Source of the DNA: an uncultured virus (IMG/VR IMGVR_UViG_3300037112_000155)
Lineage: Duplodnaviria > Heunggongvirae > Uroviricota > Caudoviricetes
Direction: 5' to 3' (one strand)
Length of the DNA stretch: 61,616 bases
Virus record (IMG/VR): IMGVR_UViG_3300037112_000155
Span: 62,001-123,616 of that record
In this document: positions 1-9,474 of the stretch, in pieces
How positions within the stretch are numbered: position 1 is the first letter of the stretch
Layout: each line of letters starts with the position of its first letter
Notes under the pieces: model-generated
What the model was told of the DNA's origin: nothing
Seen by the model: only the letters and a program-made list of their open reading frames with translations
Database searches by the model: none
Position numbers and translations under genes: made by a program

Positions 1-107
1 TCTCAGCAATCTCCCATGCAGCGCGGTGGAAGAGTGGTACCTGGGAGGGGGAGATGTCTTCGACGATCTGACCCTCGATGACGCGGAACGAGTTCATGGG
101 ACGGCTC

Positions 108-1487
108 CTACGCAGCGAGCTGCGCTTCTTCTTCCGGCTCGGGCCGGAAGTAGAACTTCCCGCCGACAACTGCCATGCGTGACGTGAACATGATGTGTTC
201 GGGCAGCGCCTGGCGGCTCCAGGTGTCGACGTGAACGAGGGCAAACGACTGCTGATAGTTGGTCTTGCCGGGGACGTACTCCGCATCTACCTTGGCCATC
301 GCGCCGGTGGTGAGCGCCCAGATGGGGCCCATCACTTCATTGACCGTCGAACTGAGCTTGGGCTTGTGGGTGTGGCCTCCGACTGAGCACATGGCGAACC
401 CTTCGTCGCCGAAGTGGTTCACGATCACGGTCTCGTAATACTTCTTGTAGTTGCGCTTGACCTCTTCGTGCATCTCCTTGGCGTTGTACGCCGCGAAGTC
501 GCTCTTGCAGATCAGGTTGATCCTGAAGTCGTCCAGCCCGAGCAGCTGCGAGAAGGTGACGCCCATCAGGTCGACGAGGACCTTCATGGCGGGAGAGCGA
601 TCGGCGAGCAGCTTCAGAATGCGCTGTTCGTGGTTACCGATGATGAAATCGATCTGCGTATTCGGGCAGATCCTGCGCAAGGGCTTGAAGAACTGCTCGC
701 GCACGAAGTCGTAACGTGCCCGGATGTTCACCTGCCGCGGATCCTGGTCGAAGCGGGAGAACTCGTACTCGTCGTACATGTCGCCATTGAGGACGATCAC
801 ATCCGGCTGCACGCGCTTGGCGGTGTCCAGGAAGACAGACAGGACGAACGGGTCGGCCTCGACATCATGCAGATCGCTGCCGATCAGCATGGTCTTGATG
901 CGGCCATCGGTCTGCTTGAGTTCGTACTTGCCGACCCAGGGCTTCACTTCTTCGAGGAAGAACTGGCGATAGACGTCGAGGGCGGCGTGGCGGGCGGTCT
1001 TCTTCTCCAGGTGATGCTGGCCGCGGGAGAGCTGCAGGCCAGCGCGCCGCTTGAACTCCTCGAACGTGCCGAAATGACAGTTCCAGGTACTGTCGCTGTA
1101 CTTGCCGTGCACGCGGTAGTAGTTGCGTGAGATGAACGAGTCGGAGTGGTTTTCCTGGACCAAGCGGAGATCGGCGATGCAATCTTCAGGCGTCGCGCTC
1201 CAGTCGGCCTTCTTCGAACGCTCGGACAGGATGGCGCGGGCATGGAGGCTCTTGACCGGAGCGGCCTTGGCCTTCTTGTCCGCGGCACGCTTGGTGGCAG
1301 CCTTGCGGGCGGCACTCTTGACGCCCTTCTTGCCTCCGGTGTGCTCTTTGATCCGCCGGTCAACAGTGTCGCGCGATACGTTGAACTTGATGGCGATCTG
1401 GTTGAAATCCTGCCCTGCAGCCACTTCCGCTGCAATCTGCTCGTAGGTGACGCCTGCTCTTGGCCTGCCGCGTTCGCGCTTCGACAT
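108..1487 (-). CDS. Calcineurin-like metallophosphoesterase with N-terminal HTH-like/basic region
   Basis: Motifs GSDLHD, LNGDMYD, IGNHE, GGHTH; N-terminal helical segment (FNQIAIKFNVSRDTVDRRI). Confidence 0.85.
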   Translation of the reverse strand: MSKRERGRPRAGVTYEQIAAEVAAGQDFNQIAIKFNVSRDTVDRRIKEHTGGKKGVKSAARKAATKRAADKKAKAAPVKSLHARAILSERSKKADWSATPEDCIADLRLVQENHSDSFISRNYYRVHGKYSDSTWNCHFGTFEEFKRRAGLQLSRGQHHLEKKTARHAALDVYRQFFLEEVKPWVGKYELKQTDGRIKTMLIGSDLHDVEADPFVLSVFLDTAKRVQPDVIVLNGDMYDEYEFSRFDQDPRQVNIRARYDFVREQFFKPLRRICPNTQIDFIIGNHEQRILKLLADRSPAMKVLVDLMGVTFSQLLGLDDFRINLICKSDFAAYNAKEMHEEVKRNYKKYYETVIVNHFGDEGFAMCSVGGHTHKPKLSSTVNEVMGPIWALTTGAMAKVDAEYVPGKTNYQQSFALVHVDTWSRQALPEHIMFTSRMAVVGGKFYFRPEPEEEAQLAA

Positions 1488-1571
1488 TGCTACCTCGTAA
1501 GAGAACTAAGCCGGGAGAGTGAACCCTCCCGGCCCGTATTCGGAGCAACCTTCTCTCCGTGTGGGGTATCG

Positions 1572-2306
1572 CTAAACTTGTGGTGAAACCGTTCCCTTGC
1601 GCAGCAGGTCCGCTCGTGCGGACTGTTTGCTGCTCAGGTCCTTCCCGGTTCCCTTGTTCTCCGCCTTCGCCTTCTTCCAGCGTTGTTCCGGAGTGAGCAT
1701 CCAATCCTTCAAGATCATCCTGCGCTGCGTCTGCAGCTGTACCAAAAGCTCGACGTTCGGATGGATGACTTTCTCCCACGAGATAGGCAACAGGGTCTCG
1801 GGGTGCACATCCTTCGGGTTGGTAACGGTGAGCCGGGCCTGCTCGCCCTTGTCGACGATGTGCAGGCAGCGCTGCTCCTGCAGGTCGAGCCAGCAGAGAT
1901 CAGAGATGGCGACGCGGTTGGACTCGTTGAGGGTATCGGGCTCGGTTTCCATCTCCCGGCACCAGGCCCCGAAGCGCTCTTCGACGATCTTGCGTTCGAT
2001 CGGGCAGAGTCGATCCGCGGGCGCCTTGCGGGCGCGCAGGAGGGGGCACTTGGACGAGTAGGGACACTTGTCCTCGTCCGCCACGTTGTCCTGGTTGCCG
2101 GGACACACGAGGACGGCGCCGGCGGCGGGGCCGAGGATGATGAGGGCAGATTGGTAGGTTTCCAGCTCCTGTTGCTCTTCCGTGGTCAGCCCCAGGTCCT
2201 CATCACGAGCCATGAGGCTGTTGATGTTCACTTTGGGGGCGGGAAGTGCCGGTGTGCAGGAGGGAGAAAGGTCTTCGGGTGAGGGGATCAACCCTGGTGT
2301 GCTCAT
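1572..2306 (-). CDS. Putative terminase small subunit-like protein with Cys-rich N-terminal part
   Basis: C-terminal HPNVELL...ILKDWMLTPEQRWK resembles the P27-type TerS NP....GLTP..R motif; Cys cluster CP..KCPYSSKCP..LCPIE. Confidence 0.45.
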   Translation of the reverse strand: MSTPGLIPSPEDLSPSCTPALPAPKVNINSLMARDEDLGLTTEEQQELETYQSALIILGPAAGAVLVCPGNQDNVADEDKCPYSSKCPLLRARKAPADRLCPIERKIVEERFGAWCREMETEPDTLNESNRVAISDLCWLDLQEQRCLHIVDKGEQARLTVTNPKDVHPETLLPISWEKVIHPNVELLVQLQTQRRMILKDWMLTPEQRWKKAKAENKGTGKDLSSKQSARADLLRKGTVSPQV

Positions 2307-2336
2307 ACGACCCTTCCTAGTATAGGATTTTGCGGC

Positions 2337-2639
2337 TCACTGGCCGAACAGCTTCTTTGTCAGCAGGATGGCCAGAACTGAGCCGAAAGACCCGCCCAGG
2401 ACGTAACCCAGGCGGCCCATGGCAGATTTGTTCTCGCTGACCTGCTTGATGATGGTGTAGTTGGCGGCGGCGAAGATCAGGTCGGTGAAGAAGGTCCACG
2501 CCATCCGGCCCTGCGCCAGGGCGCGGGCGTTGACACTGTAGATGAAGTAGCTCAGGAACTGGCAGCCCATCAGCAGGAAGAAGTCGCGGGTGTCGGCCTT
2601 ACTTGGCCGCTTCCAGACGTTCCACATAGCGAACATCAA
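2337..2639 (-). CDS. Small membrane protein
   Basis: Three hydrophobic segments, ending GYVLGGSFGSVLAILL. Confidence 0.6.
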   Translation of the reverse strand: MMFAMWNVWKRPSKADTRDFFLLMGCQFLSYFIYSVNARALAQGRMAWTFFTDLIFAAANYTIIKQVSENKSAMGRLGYVLGGSFGSVLAILLTKKLFGQ

Positions 2640-3180
2640 CCCCGCTCTCCCGGAACATCTGGACGGCTACCTTGAAATCCGGGCCGTACTTGGGGTGATC
2701 GAAGTCGGGCATGTAGGCAACTACCTGAGAGATGCCGGACTGGATGATGGCCCGGGCACAGTCAGCGCAGGGGAACCAGGGCACATAGATGGCAGAGCCC
2801 TGCAAGGCCGGTCCACCGCGGCGGGCAACACCGTAGATGGCGTTGCGCTCGGCGTGCTCGGTCCAGAGGTACTTGGCGGGCTTGTCGTGGCGGGCCTCGA
2901 TAGGGGCCAGTATCCTGGCACGAGACTCCGGATTGATGATTCCCGAGACCATGTACTCCCTCATCTGCAGATGAGGTTCCAGGTCCTCACCGTTCACGTA
3001 GCAGCCGCGGGGAAAGGTGTTGCAGCCGCTTGCCAGGATGGCGTTTTCCTTCACGATGACGCAGCCCACCTTGGTGGAACGGTCGTCCGACATAGTCGCG
3101 GCCAGCATGGCCGTCTGCATGAAGTGGCTCTCCCAGCGGTCCATCTTCTTGACCAGTGGCACAATCTTGGTGGCGCTCAT
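2599..3180 (-). CDS. dCMP deaminase
   Basis: Zinc motifs HAERNAI and PCADC; S.D.STKVGCVIV N-terminus. Confidence 0.92.
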   Translation of the reverse strand: MSATKIVPLVKKMDRWESHFMQTAMLAATMSDDRSTKVGCVIVKENAILASGCNTFPRGCYVNGEDLEPHLQMREYMVSGIINPESRARILAPIEARHDKPAKYLWTEHAERNAIYGVARRGGPALQGSAIYVPWFPCADCARAIIQSGISQVVAYMPDFDHPKYGPDFKVAVQMFRESGVDVRYVERLEAAK

Positions 3181-3182
3181 GA

Positions 3183-3515
3183 TTACCTTTCGATCCAGGC
3201 AAAGACAGACTTGGGAATTCCTTCGCGCCGGCCGTAATCGCCAGCGCAGTTGAAGGAGACGTACTTGGTGTTGCGGGACTCCTCAAAGGTCAGGCGCTCG
3301 CCATTGCGAGGACCACCGACACATAGGAACCTGCCGGTGACCCGCTTCAACAGCTTCGAGCTGTCGAGAACCCACTCACCGTTGACCCGTTTCTCCTGGA
3401 TGTCGCGGTAGCGGTGGACGATCTTGTCGGCGAACCATTCATCGCCTTCGAAGACCTCGATCCGCCGCCAATCGCGCATGGTGTGAACGATCTCGCGATG
3501 GCCTACTTCTGGCAT
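3183..3515 (-). CDS. Hypothetical protein
   Basis: Tightly packed ORF between neighbours; CVGGP.NG motif. Confidence 0.6.
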   Translation of the reverse strand: MPEVGHREIVHTMRDWRRIEVFEGDEWFADKIVHRYRDIQEKRVNGEWVLDSSKLLKRVTGRFLCVGGPRNGERLTFEESRNTKYVSFNCAGDYGRREGIPKSVFAWIER

Positions 3516-3787
3516 GCCACACTCTTCAGCGGCTGCAGGTTGCGGGTGTGCCGGTCAAGCAACGCCATCATGGCGCGATACTGACGCGACGTTGTCTGCT
3601 GCAACGCGGTGGGTTTGCGGCTCGACCAGGGCTGCCCGAGGACTGCCGGGCCAAGATGCACGCCGGTCCAGGCCATGCCTTTCGTGCCATCCTCGTAGCT
3701 GACTTCAACTTGGCCGTCCGATGTGACGAGGCCCTTGCGGCCACGGGAACAGATGGCGATCGTACCCTTGCTAATTACTTGACTCAT
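3503..3787 (-). CDS. Hypothetical protein
   Basis: ATG at 3787 after GGAGG; CTTTGGTA motif about 40 nt upstream. Confidence 0.6.
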   Translation of the reverse strand: MSQVISKGTIAICSRGRKGLVTSDGQVEVSYEDGTKGMAWTGVHLGPAVLGQPWSSRKPTALQQTTSRQYRAMMALLDRHTRNLQPLKSVACQK

Positions 3788-3809
3788 TCGTGCCTCCAGA
3801 GCCAGAGTG

Positions 3810-4274
3810 CTATGCGACAGGGGTGATACCAAAGGCCCGCTTGGCGCTGATCACAATTGCCGGCGCCGGGTTGATGATGGGCCGTTGTTTGCGCAGCTCA
3901 TCGAGGGACTCGTAGAAGCCGAAGCCACAGGTGTAGAGGTAGCAGGCGACCAGGGTAGGGGAGCGGCTCGCGCCCGCATGACAGTGGACCAGGACCTTAC
4001 CGCCGCCCCGCAGGGCCTGGTGGATCCAGTCGACCGCGCCGTAGAGCTTCTGGGTGTGCCACTCGTGACCGTCCAGCTGGTCCATCTGGATGATGTTGAA
4101 CTTGGCACGAGGCAGATCCAGCTTCTCGCTGGTGCAGTTGCAGATGTGGGTGATGCCGAGCGGGTTCTGGCCGCGCAGGTTAAGAGCGTCCTGAAAGCCG
4201 CCGAGATAGAGGCGATCGAGGATCTTGGTGAGTGGGAAGTTGGAGCGATAGCCGAGGTTCGTATCTTGGGACAC
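3810..4274 (-). CDS. Dual-specificity protein phosphatase
   Basis: Active-site VHCHAGASRS (HCxxGxxR); LYLGG and RPIINP motifs. Confidence 0.92.
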   Translation of the reverse strand: MSQDTNLGYRSNFPLTKILDRLYLGGFQDALNLRGQNPLGITHICNCTSEKLDLPRAKFNIIQMDQLDGHEWHTQKLYGAVDWIHQALRGGGKVLVHCHAGASRSPTLVACYLYTCGFGFYESLDELRKQRPIINPAPAIVISAKRAFGITPVA

Positions 4275-4426
4275 GGGTTTTCCTTAGGGGTTGGGAGCGG
4301 GAGGTCAGCGCTGGTGCGCTATTCCTCCCGCCCGGTACTTGAAAGGCAGGTACAAATAACAGGGGGAAAGACAAAGGGGAAATTGGGGAGAGATGCCTCT
4401 CAGAACGTCCGGGAGGAGCCCAACCC

Positions 4427-4807
4427 TTAGATCGGAAAGACCCGGTGCTCGCCGACATCACACAGCGCGGGACCCACGTGCGCAACGCAGCGGTTGGTGC
4501 GCATCAGCTGGTCACTACCGAAGCGAACTTCCCATTCCGACTCGAACAGGCACTGCACACCCTGGTTGTCGGTGTACTCGCACTGGGGAACGGTGGTGCG
4601 CTCCCAGCAGCCCTCGCCGTTCTTGAAGCAGAGGGCGATGTACTTGCCGGCGGCGCGCCGCAGGCGGTACTCAGGAGCTTCGGTGTCGTGACAGTGGTTG
4701 CAGAACAAGGGCACATCCGGCGTGACCAGGACGATGCGGGTCTCGCCTTCAGGCACGCGGATGGCAAACTGCTCGCGGGAGGGGTCGAGGATACGGTCGG
4801 TCGACAC
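4427..4807 (-). CDS. Cys-rich hypothetical protein (possibly Zn-binding)
   Basis: CNHC plus further Cys/His; abuts upstream stop. Confidence 0.6.
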   Translation of the reverse strand: MSTDRILDPSREQFAIRVPEGETRIVLVTPDVPLFCNHCHDTEAPEYRLRRAAGKYIALCFKNGEGCWERTTVPQCEYTDNQGVQCLFESEWEVRFGSDQLMRTNRCVAHVGPALCDVGEHRVFPI

Positions 4808-5178
4808 TAGTACACCTCCGCCATGGCCAGGTGCTTCAAGCCGGTCAAACAGAAATCCGTCAGGACGGGAATGTTCTCCGGATCGAGGACCCGGGCGCGC
4901 ACGCGGTCGATGATGACCTGGCCGTCGAGGGTGCCCAGAATGGTGACCTCATCGTTGACGATGCGCATCTCTTCGGGGTCATGCTCTTCGCCACAGTTCG
5001 GACAGATGCCTTCTTCGGCAGGGAGCAGGTCGGAGGGCAGTTTCGCCGTGAAGCTCACCAGCCAGGTGTGGTTGCGCGGTTCGGACTTGGTGTCCTCGTC
5101 GAGCAGCCGGGAAAGATCGTTTGGGGTGGTCAAGATAGTTCTCCTCTGGAGCCGGTGACCGGCCACATGACTGAGCAT
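4807..5178 (-). CDS. Hypothetical protein with CxxC..H motif (start uncertain)
   Basis: CPNCGEEH; codon usage like neighbours. Confidence 0.55.
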   Translation of the reverse strand: MLSHVAGHRLQRRTILTTPNDLSRLLDEDTKSEPRNHTWLVSFTAKLPSDLLPAEEGICPNCGEEHDPEEMRIVNDEVTILGTLDGQVIIDRVRARVLDPENIPVLTDFCLTGLKHLAMAEVY

Positions 5179-5229
5179 GCGGGATGGTCTGGATCTACCA
5201 AAGGATCGAGCGGGAGGACCCCGCTCTTT

Positions 5230-5340
5230 AGAGGTACTTAATAAAAGCAGTACATCACGTAGAGATGTACTGACTGATTAAGAGGTACTCAATAGTTAAG
5301 ACTTACTTAAAGTCTTTAAGCACTACTCAATGTAAGAAGG
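5230..5340. repeat. AT-rich intergenic tract with inverted and direct repeats
   Basis: IR CAGTACATC/GATGTACTG (5248-5272); IR AAGACTT/AAGTCTT (5298-5316); DR AGAGGTACTYAATA at 5230 and 5281. Confidence 0.7.
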
Positions 5341-5516
5341 TAGAAAGAGCATGACACCCTACCGGACACCCGTCAAAGACTCACGGCACAACTAAGTCAG
5401 AATAGGCATGAATCTAAGAGGTTCCACGTACTCGGGTCAATCATTGAGAACCCACTGACAGTCAGTAGGCACTCGAACCTCCTAACCCCGTTGCGCGGCC
5501 CCCTTCCCTCCGCCAA

Positions 5517-5903
5517 CTAGTCGATGTCGAGGATGTCGAAGCCGGAGATGAACTCACCCGGAGGGCGCCACTCGTGGTCCGGGGGCAACGGGTCATAGAT
5601 CAGCCCATCCCACACCAGCAGCCAGTGGCCAGGGCGGCGCACCTTGCGGCCGTTGACCCGGTAGTTGATGTTGACGATGCCGAACTGGGGTGCGTCCGCG
5701 TTGTGGCGCAGCGTGCGCGTCTTGCCGGTACGAATGCCGAGCTTGGCAAGCCCGCGCTTGAGGTCGGCGCCCCAGGTGCCTGCCGGCATGCCCACGGCGG
5801 CGATCGCGGCCTCCCTGGACACGCCGGCGGCCATTGCGACGCAGGTCTGCCCACAGGTCTTCTCGTAGGCGCCTTGATAAAGCGGTGTGATGTCTCTTGG
5901 CAT
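5517..5903 (-). CDS. Peptidase C39-like cysteine protease
   Basis: Q...TCGQTCVAM and GHWLLVWDGLIYDP give a Cys-His-Asp triad pattern. Confidence 0.75.
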   Translation of the reverse strand: MPRDITPLYQGAYEKTCGQTCVAMAAGVSREAAIAAVGMPAGTWGADLKRGLAKLGIRTGKTRTLRHNADAPQFGIVNINYRVNGRKVRRPGHWLLVWDGLIYDPLPPDHEWRPPGEFISGFDILDID

Positions 5904-5954
5904 AGTAGAAAGGCCCTGCCAGAGCGACAGGGCCTTGAGTGTGCGGGAAGAGTG

Positions 5955-6425
5955 TTACAGCTGCCGGGCCGCCCACTCCTCGGGGGTGTACTTCGTCATG
6001 GCCGGGCCGTCGTAGTAGGCCTTGCCCTCGGCGAGGCAGATCGAATTGCACTCGTCGGTGAAACGAACGAGCACGTCGGCGTGCGGTCCAACTGCGTGCA
6101 ACACCGTGCCATCTTCGAAGCGGATGAGATACTCAGCGACCTTGCGGACGACTGGAGCCGGTGCTCCGTAGCCATCGACCTTCTTTCCGACCTGCTGACG
6201 CAACTGCATTGCCTTGCGGGCAATGCTGGACGGATCAGGGCGAGGCTGAGCGGCTGCCAGTGGGATCGGAGCGGGACGGGGCTTGACCAGGGACTTCACG
6301 GTGATCGGGACCACCGGCGCCAGGACGGCCTTACCCTGCCGCTTGGTCGGTGCTGTGACTGGTGCGCCCTGCTTGGCCAGCTTCTGAGCTGCTGGGGACT
6401 TCTTCTGTGCGGCTTTGGGTGCCAT
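5955..6425 (-). CDS. Basic Pro/Ala/Lys-rich hypothetical protein
   Basis: ATG at 6425 with AAGGAG RBS. Confidence 0.6.
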   Translation of the reverse strand: MAPKAAQKKSPAAQKLAKQGAPVTAPTKRQGKAVLAPVVPITVKSLVKPRPAPIPLAAAQPRPDPSSIARKAMQLRQQVGKKVDGYGAPAPVVRKVAEYLIRFEDGTVLHAVGPHADVLVRFTDECNSICLAEGKAYYDGPAMTKYTPEEWAARQL

Positions 6426-6583
6426 TCTTACGCTCCTTGCTGGCGCGGAACTCCGCATCCAGCTGTGTGGTGTCAAAGAGATCGATGTGGTTGACGGAAA
6501 CGACGGTCGCCATGGGTCCCTCCAACGGAAAAGTTACGATTCACTCCGCAATAATCCCCTGTAGGGACAGGCCTACCAAAGGT

Positions 6584-7498
6584 TCAGGGACCTGGAATGA
6601 AGGACTCCGTGTCCTTGCGGCCTCTCCAGCGCTCCTGGTCCGTCGGGAGAACGCAGGCATCGATGCGGAGACTCGGGGCTACCCGCAACTCGATGGGCTC
6701 GAACTTGCAGCAGTGCATCGCCATGGGAAAAGCCATCAGCACGCCGTTCTTCACCTCGTACTGGACATGCTGCTCGCCTGGGCCGATGCAGCAACAGTCG
6801 GCGAAGGCCTGCTCATGCTTGGGACACCAGGCCTCACCTGTGACGTCGTCGATCGGGAGATCCTTGGGATCGGTGACCTGCTCCCAGCCAGCCAGGGCGG
6901 AGAGGTGGGCCTCGTGATCTTCCTTGGTGACCCAGCCGTGCATCTGGTTGAGCGACTGCTCCCGGTTCTCCCAGCGCAGCCAGTCGTTGAGCTGGATGGG
7001 CTGGAGACGCGCGGCAGTGCGGCCCAGGGCAGCGACCAGCATGCGCATCTCGTAGTTGCGGGCTACATCAGAACGAAGGTCCTTGCGCGGCCGGGCGTGG
7101 ACGGTGATGTGGACCCCGTTGCCCTTCAGTTCCGCCAGGCCCCAGTCCGCCGGCAGCTCCTCCGGCTTGATCAGCTCCTCCGGCTTGATCAGCCCCGCCG
7201 GCACGAAGTAGTAGCGTTCGGCGCCGAGTGCGATGTTCAGGTTCTGGCGGAAGGGCTTGTCGGCGTCGGCTTTGAAGTCGGCGCGGCTGGTCTTGCACTC
7301 GACCAGGACGGAGCGTCCATTGAACTTCCAGCCGATGACGTCAGGGATCTCGCCAGAGTGAGTGGTCATCTCCGTGAGCACGGCCTTGCAGCCGTAGGTA
7401 CCCCACAGCCAGCGGGCGGCCCGGGCTACCAGATCGGCGTGGGTCCATTCCTTCACAGGAGGACCCAGACGTTTTGCACCGCGCCACAGCAGCGGCAA
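6584..7498 (-). CDS. MmcB-like PD-(D/E)xK nuclease with C-terminal Cys-rich extension
   Basis: EIPDVIGW..VECKTSRADF..D..K..G..RYY..P.GLI..ELP..WGL pattern. Confidence 0.7.
   Translation of the reverse strand: MPLLWRGAKRLGPPVKEWTHADLVARAARWLWGTYGCKAVLTEMTTHSGEIPDVIGWKFNGRSVLVECKTSRADFKADADKPFRQNLNIALGAERYYFVPAGLIKPEELIKPEELPADWGLAELKGNGVHITVHARPRKDLRSDVARNYEMRMLVAALGRTAARLQPIQLNDWLRWENREQSLNQMHGWVTKEDHEAHLSALAGWEQVTDPKDLPIDDVTGEAWCPKHEQAFADCCCIGPGEQHVQYEVKNGVLMAFPMAMHCCKFEPIELRVAPSLRIDACVLPTDQERWRGRKDTESFIPGP
7154..7193. repeat. 18-bp in-frame tandem duplication (LIKPEE x2)
   Basis: CAGCTCCTCCGGCTTGAT twice (7154-7171, 7172-7189) plus CAGC. Confidence 0.9.
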
Positions 7499-7565
7499 GT
7501 CTCGATGTAAGGACCGGCCGGGACCCAGCGATGCAGTCCGAAGAAGCAGAGAATTCGATTGAGCA

Positions 7566-7772
7566 TCATGCGGCCTTCCGAAAAGCTTCTACAGCCGGCG
7601 TCTTGATGGCGCGGCGGATCTCCGACAGCTTGTTCATCCAGCCGCGGTCGTCAGTCTTGGTGCCGGTGATCACGATCAGATGACCGTTCAACCGGTAGGC
7701 CTGGTGTTTGTTATGGCGCTCCTCGACTCCGGATTCCTTGAGGAGACGCATGACTTCTTTCTTGGCGTCCAT
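7566..7772 (-). CDS. HicA-like small protein
   Basis: 68 aa; KH..Y...G..IV...T.TD.R...N....IRR pattern. Confidence 0.55.
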   Translation of the reverse strand: MDAKKEVMRLLKESGVEERHNKHQAYRLNGHLIVITGTKTDDRGWMNKLSEIRRAIKTPAVEAFRKAA

Positions 7773-7817
7773 GCACCCAGGATGGGCGCCGCGGCCGGAC
7801 TACCAAAGCCTGGGCAC

Positions 7818-7853
7818 AAAAAGAGGGGCACGGCTTCTTAGGGCCGTACCCCA
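7818..7853 (-). terminator. Rho-independent terminator for leftward transcription
   Basis: GGGG.ACGGC/GCCGT.CCCC hairpin with an A-run on the + strand. Confidence 0.6.
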
Positions 7854-7940
7854 AATCGCGTTTCACCGCTTTGGTTAGATTGAGTATCTGATCAGCGCCG
7901 CCCTGGCGCGATCAGGCGAACCACTTAGAGAAGGTTCGCT

Positions 7941-8168
7941 TCAGAGCTTCGAGCATCCGATGATAGCGAGCGAACCGCCGAGGTCGCGGATCGGGGCCAT
8001 CAGCCGGGTGTCGTTGAACTTCATCAGCAGTGTGCCAACCCTCTCCACCGTCCCGATAAAGGATGATTTCGCTTCCGTGTTCGCTGGAACTACCATTGTG
8101 TCCGGGAAGCAGAGGGCGCTCGGGCCCTTGCCGAAGGTCACCGTGTACTGAATCTGATACAACTTCAT
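7941..8168 (-). CDS. Hypothetical protein
   Basis: GGAG upstream of ATG; overlaps the longer ORF 7912-8418 in another frame. Confidence 0.45.
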   Translation of the reverse strand: MKLYQIQYTVTFGKGPSALCFPDTMVVPANTEAKSSFIGTVERVGTLLMKFNDTRLMAPIRDLGGSLAIIGCSKL

Positions 8169-8417
8169 TGGTCATCTCCACAGTCAGGATCTGGATCAGG
8201 TGAAGGAGGTGGCCACCCTGACTGGGGTCGACCTCCGCGCCGCATTGGCAGCGCTTTACCCACCGGCCACACTCCATGAACATCTCACAGTGGTGCGGGC
8301 CGAACAGATAACGAGCCTGGTCAAGCGTACTCGTCCACCCGCGCCGCTCACAGAGCGCGCTGAGCGTGTTGACCAGCTGCTGGTTCCGGTTGGGTGGCTC
8401 GGAGAGAGGCGGGCGCA

Positions 8418-8639
8418 TTAGGAGTCGCTGGAGATCGAGTTGATCTGCACGGGATCCGAATCCATGTACTCGAGGCCTTCGGTGCTCACGATGGTCTCGA
8501 ACTTGAGGCCCTTGGCGACGGCTACTGCGTCTTCCCAGGAATCCGCCTCGATGTGGACTCCGAGGTCCGCTTTGACGGTGGTGTAGACGATGAACTTCTG
8601 CTTGACGACGGCGCCAGGCTTCTTGCGATTGATTGCCAT
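8418..8639 (-). CDS. Hypothetical protein
   Basis: AGGAAA RBS; phage-type IEADSWEDAV motif. Confidence 0.65.
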   Translation of the reverse strand: MAINRKKPGAVVKQKFIVYTTVKADLGVHIEADSWEDAVAVAKGLKFETIVSTEGLEYMDSDPVQINSISSDS

Positions 8640-8704
8640 GTGTTTCCTTCCAGTTTGGTTCATAAACAGGGCACTAAGCCCTTTAGTGCGTCATAAGGAG
8701 GGCA

Positions 8705-9031
8705 TTACCCCTCCTTCCCATCGTTGTCTTCAACGATGACGCCGACGATGTGAGACTCGTCGGAAAGAGCGAGGCACATGACCCCGTCGTACTCAACCTC
8801 GATCTTGACCTTGGCTTCAAGGACGTAGACGCGATCGCCAGGGACAACCTGGGGTGGGAGAACCTGCCCGCCGGCGGTCACCAGACCGCGGCCGACGGCC
8901 ATGACGGTTCCGGTGCGCTTGGGCACGTTGAACTGCTCGAACGTGCCACCCGGCGTGAGGATGGAGCCGATCTGCTTCTCCGAGGGATCGAGTTTGATGA
9001 TGGTGTACTGACTGAGAGGGCGAATCTTCAT
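8705..9031 (-). CDS. groES: GroES-like co-chaperonin
   Basis: MKIRPL...GTVMAVGRG...V.PGDRV...ESHIVGVI. Confidence 0.85.
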   Translation of the reverse strand: MKIRPLSQYTIIKLDPSEKQIGSILTPGGTFEQFNVPKRTGTVMAVGRGLVTAGGQVLPPQVVPGDRVYVLEAKVKIEVEYDGVMCLALSDESHIVGVIVEDNDGKEG

Positions 9032-9067
9032 TTGAACTGCTCCTGGGTGGATCTGAGGGTGAGGGCT

Positions 9068-9460
9068 TTAGTCTTCCGAGATGATGAAGATGATGCGGGG
9101 CTGGTTGGGCAGCAGGGGTTCGCACTGAACGAGTGTGGCGAAGCCATTGGGGAAGTCGACACCGGCCGCAGGAGTGATGTTTCCCGTGGTGACGAATGGT
9201 GTTCCGCGGAGGCCACCGCACCCTGCGTGGGATACGCCCAGGACTGCTTCCAGAGGAATGACATCGGGATCGGGGAGGGTCTCGTCGTCATCGTCATCGT
9301 CATCGAAGTCGCCGTCTTCCAGGCGATCGAAGAAGGCGTTGACGGCATCGGCGCCGACCTCGAGAGTCCCCTGCAGTTCCTTCAGGCCACCGTGAATCTC
9401 GGTGCTGAGGTTCAACCGGGCATCATCGTCTACACGTGCTTCAATTGCGATACTCCACAT
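9068..9460 (-). CDS. Acidic hypothetical protein
   Basis: AAGGAG RBS; poly-Asp tract. Confidence 0.65.
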   Translation of the reverse strand: MWSIAIEARVDDDARLNLSTEIHGGLKELQGTLEVGADAVNAFFDRLEDGDFDDDDDDDETLPDPDVIPLEAVLGVSHAGCGGLRGTPFVTTGNITPAAGVDFPNGFATLVQCEPLLPNQPRIIFIISED

Positions 9461-9474
9461 GTTGTTTCTCCCTT

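Noticed and set aside
7912..8418. 168-aa minus-strand ORF overlapping 7941-8168
   Set aside because: Two frames overlap over more than 200 nt; the 5' half may be real but its extent cannot be resolved
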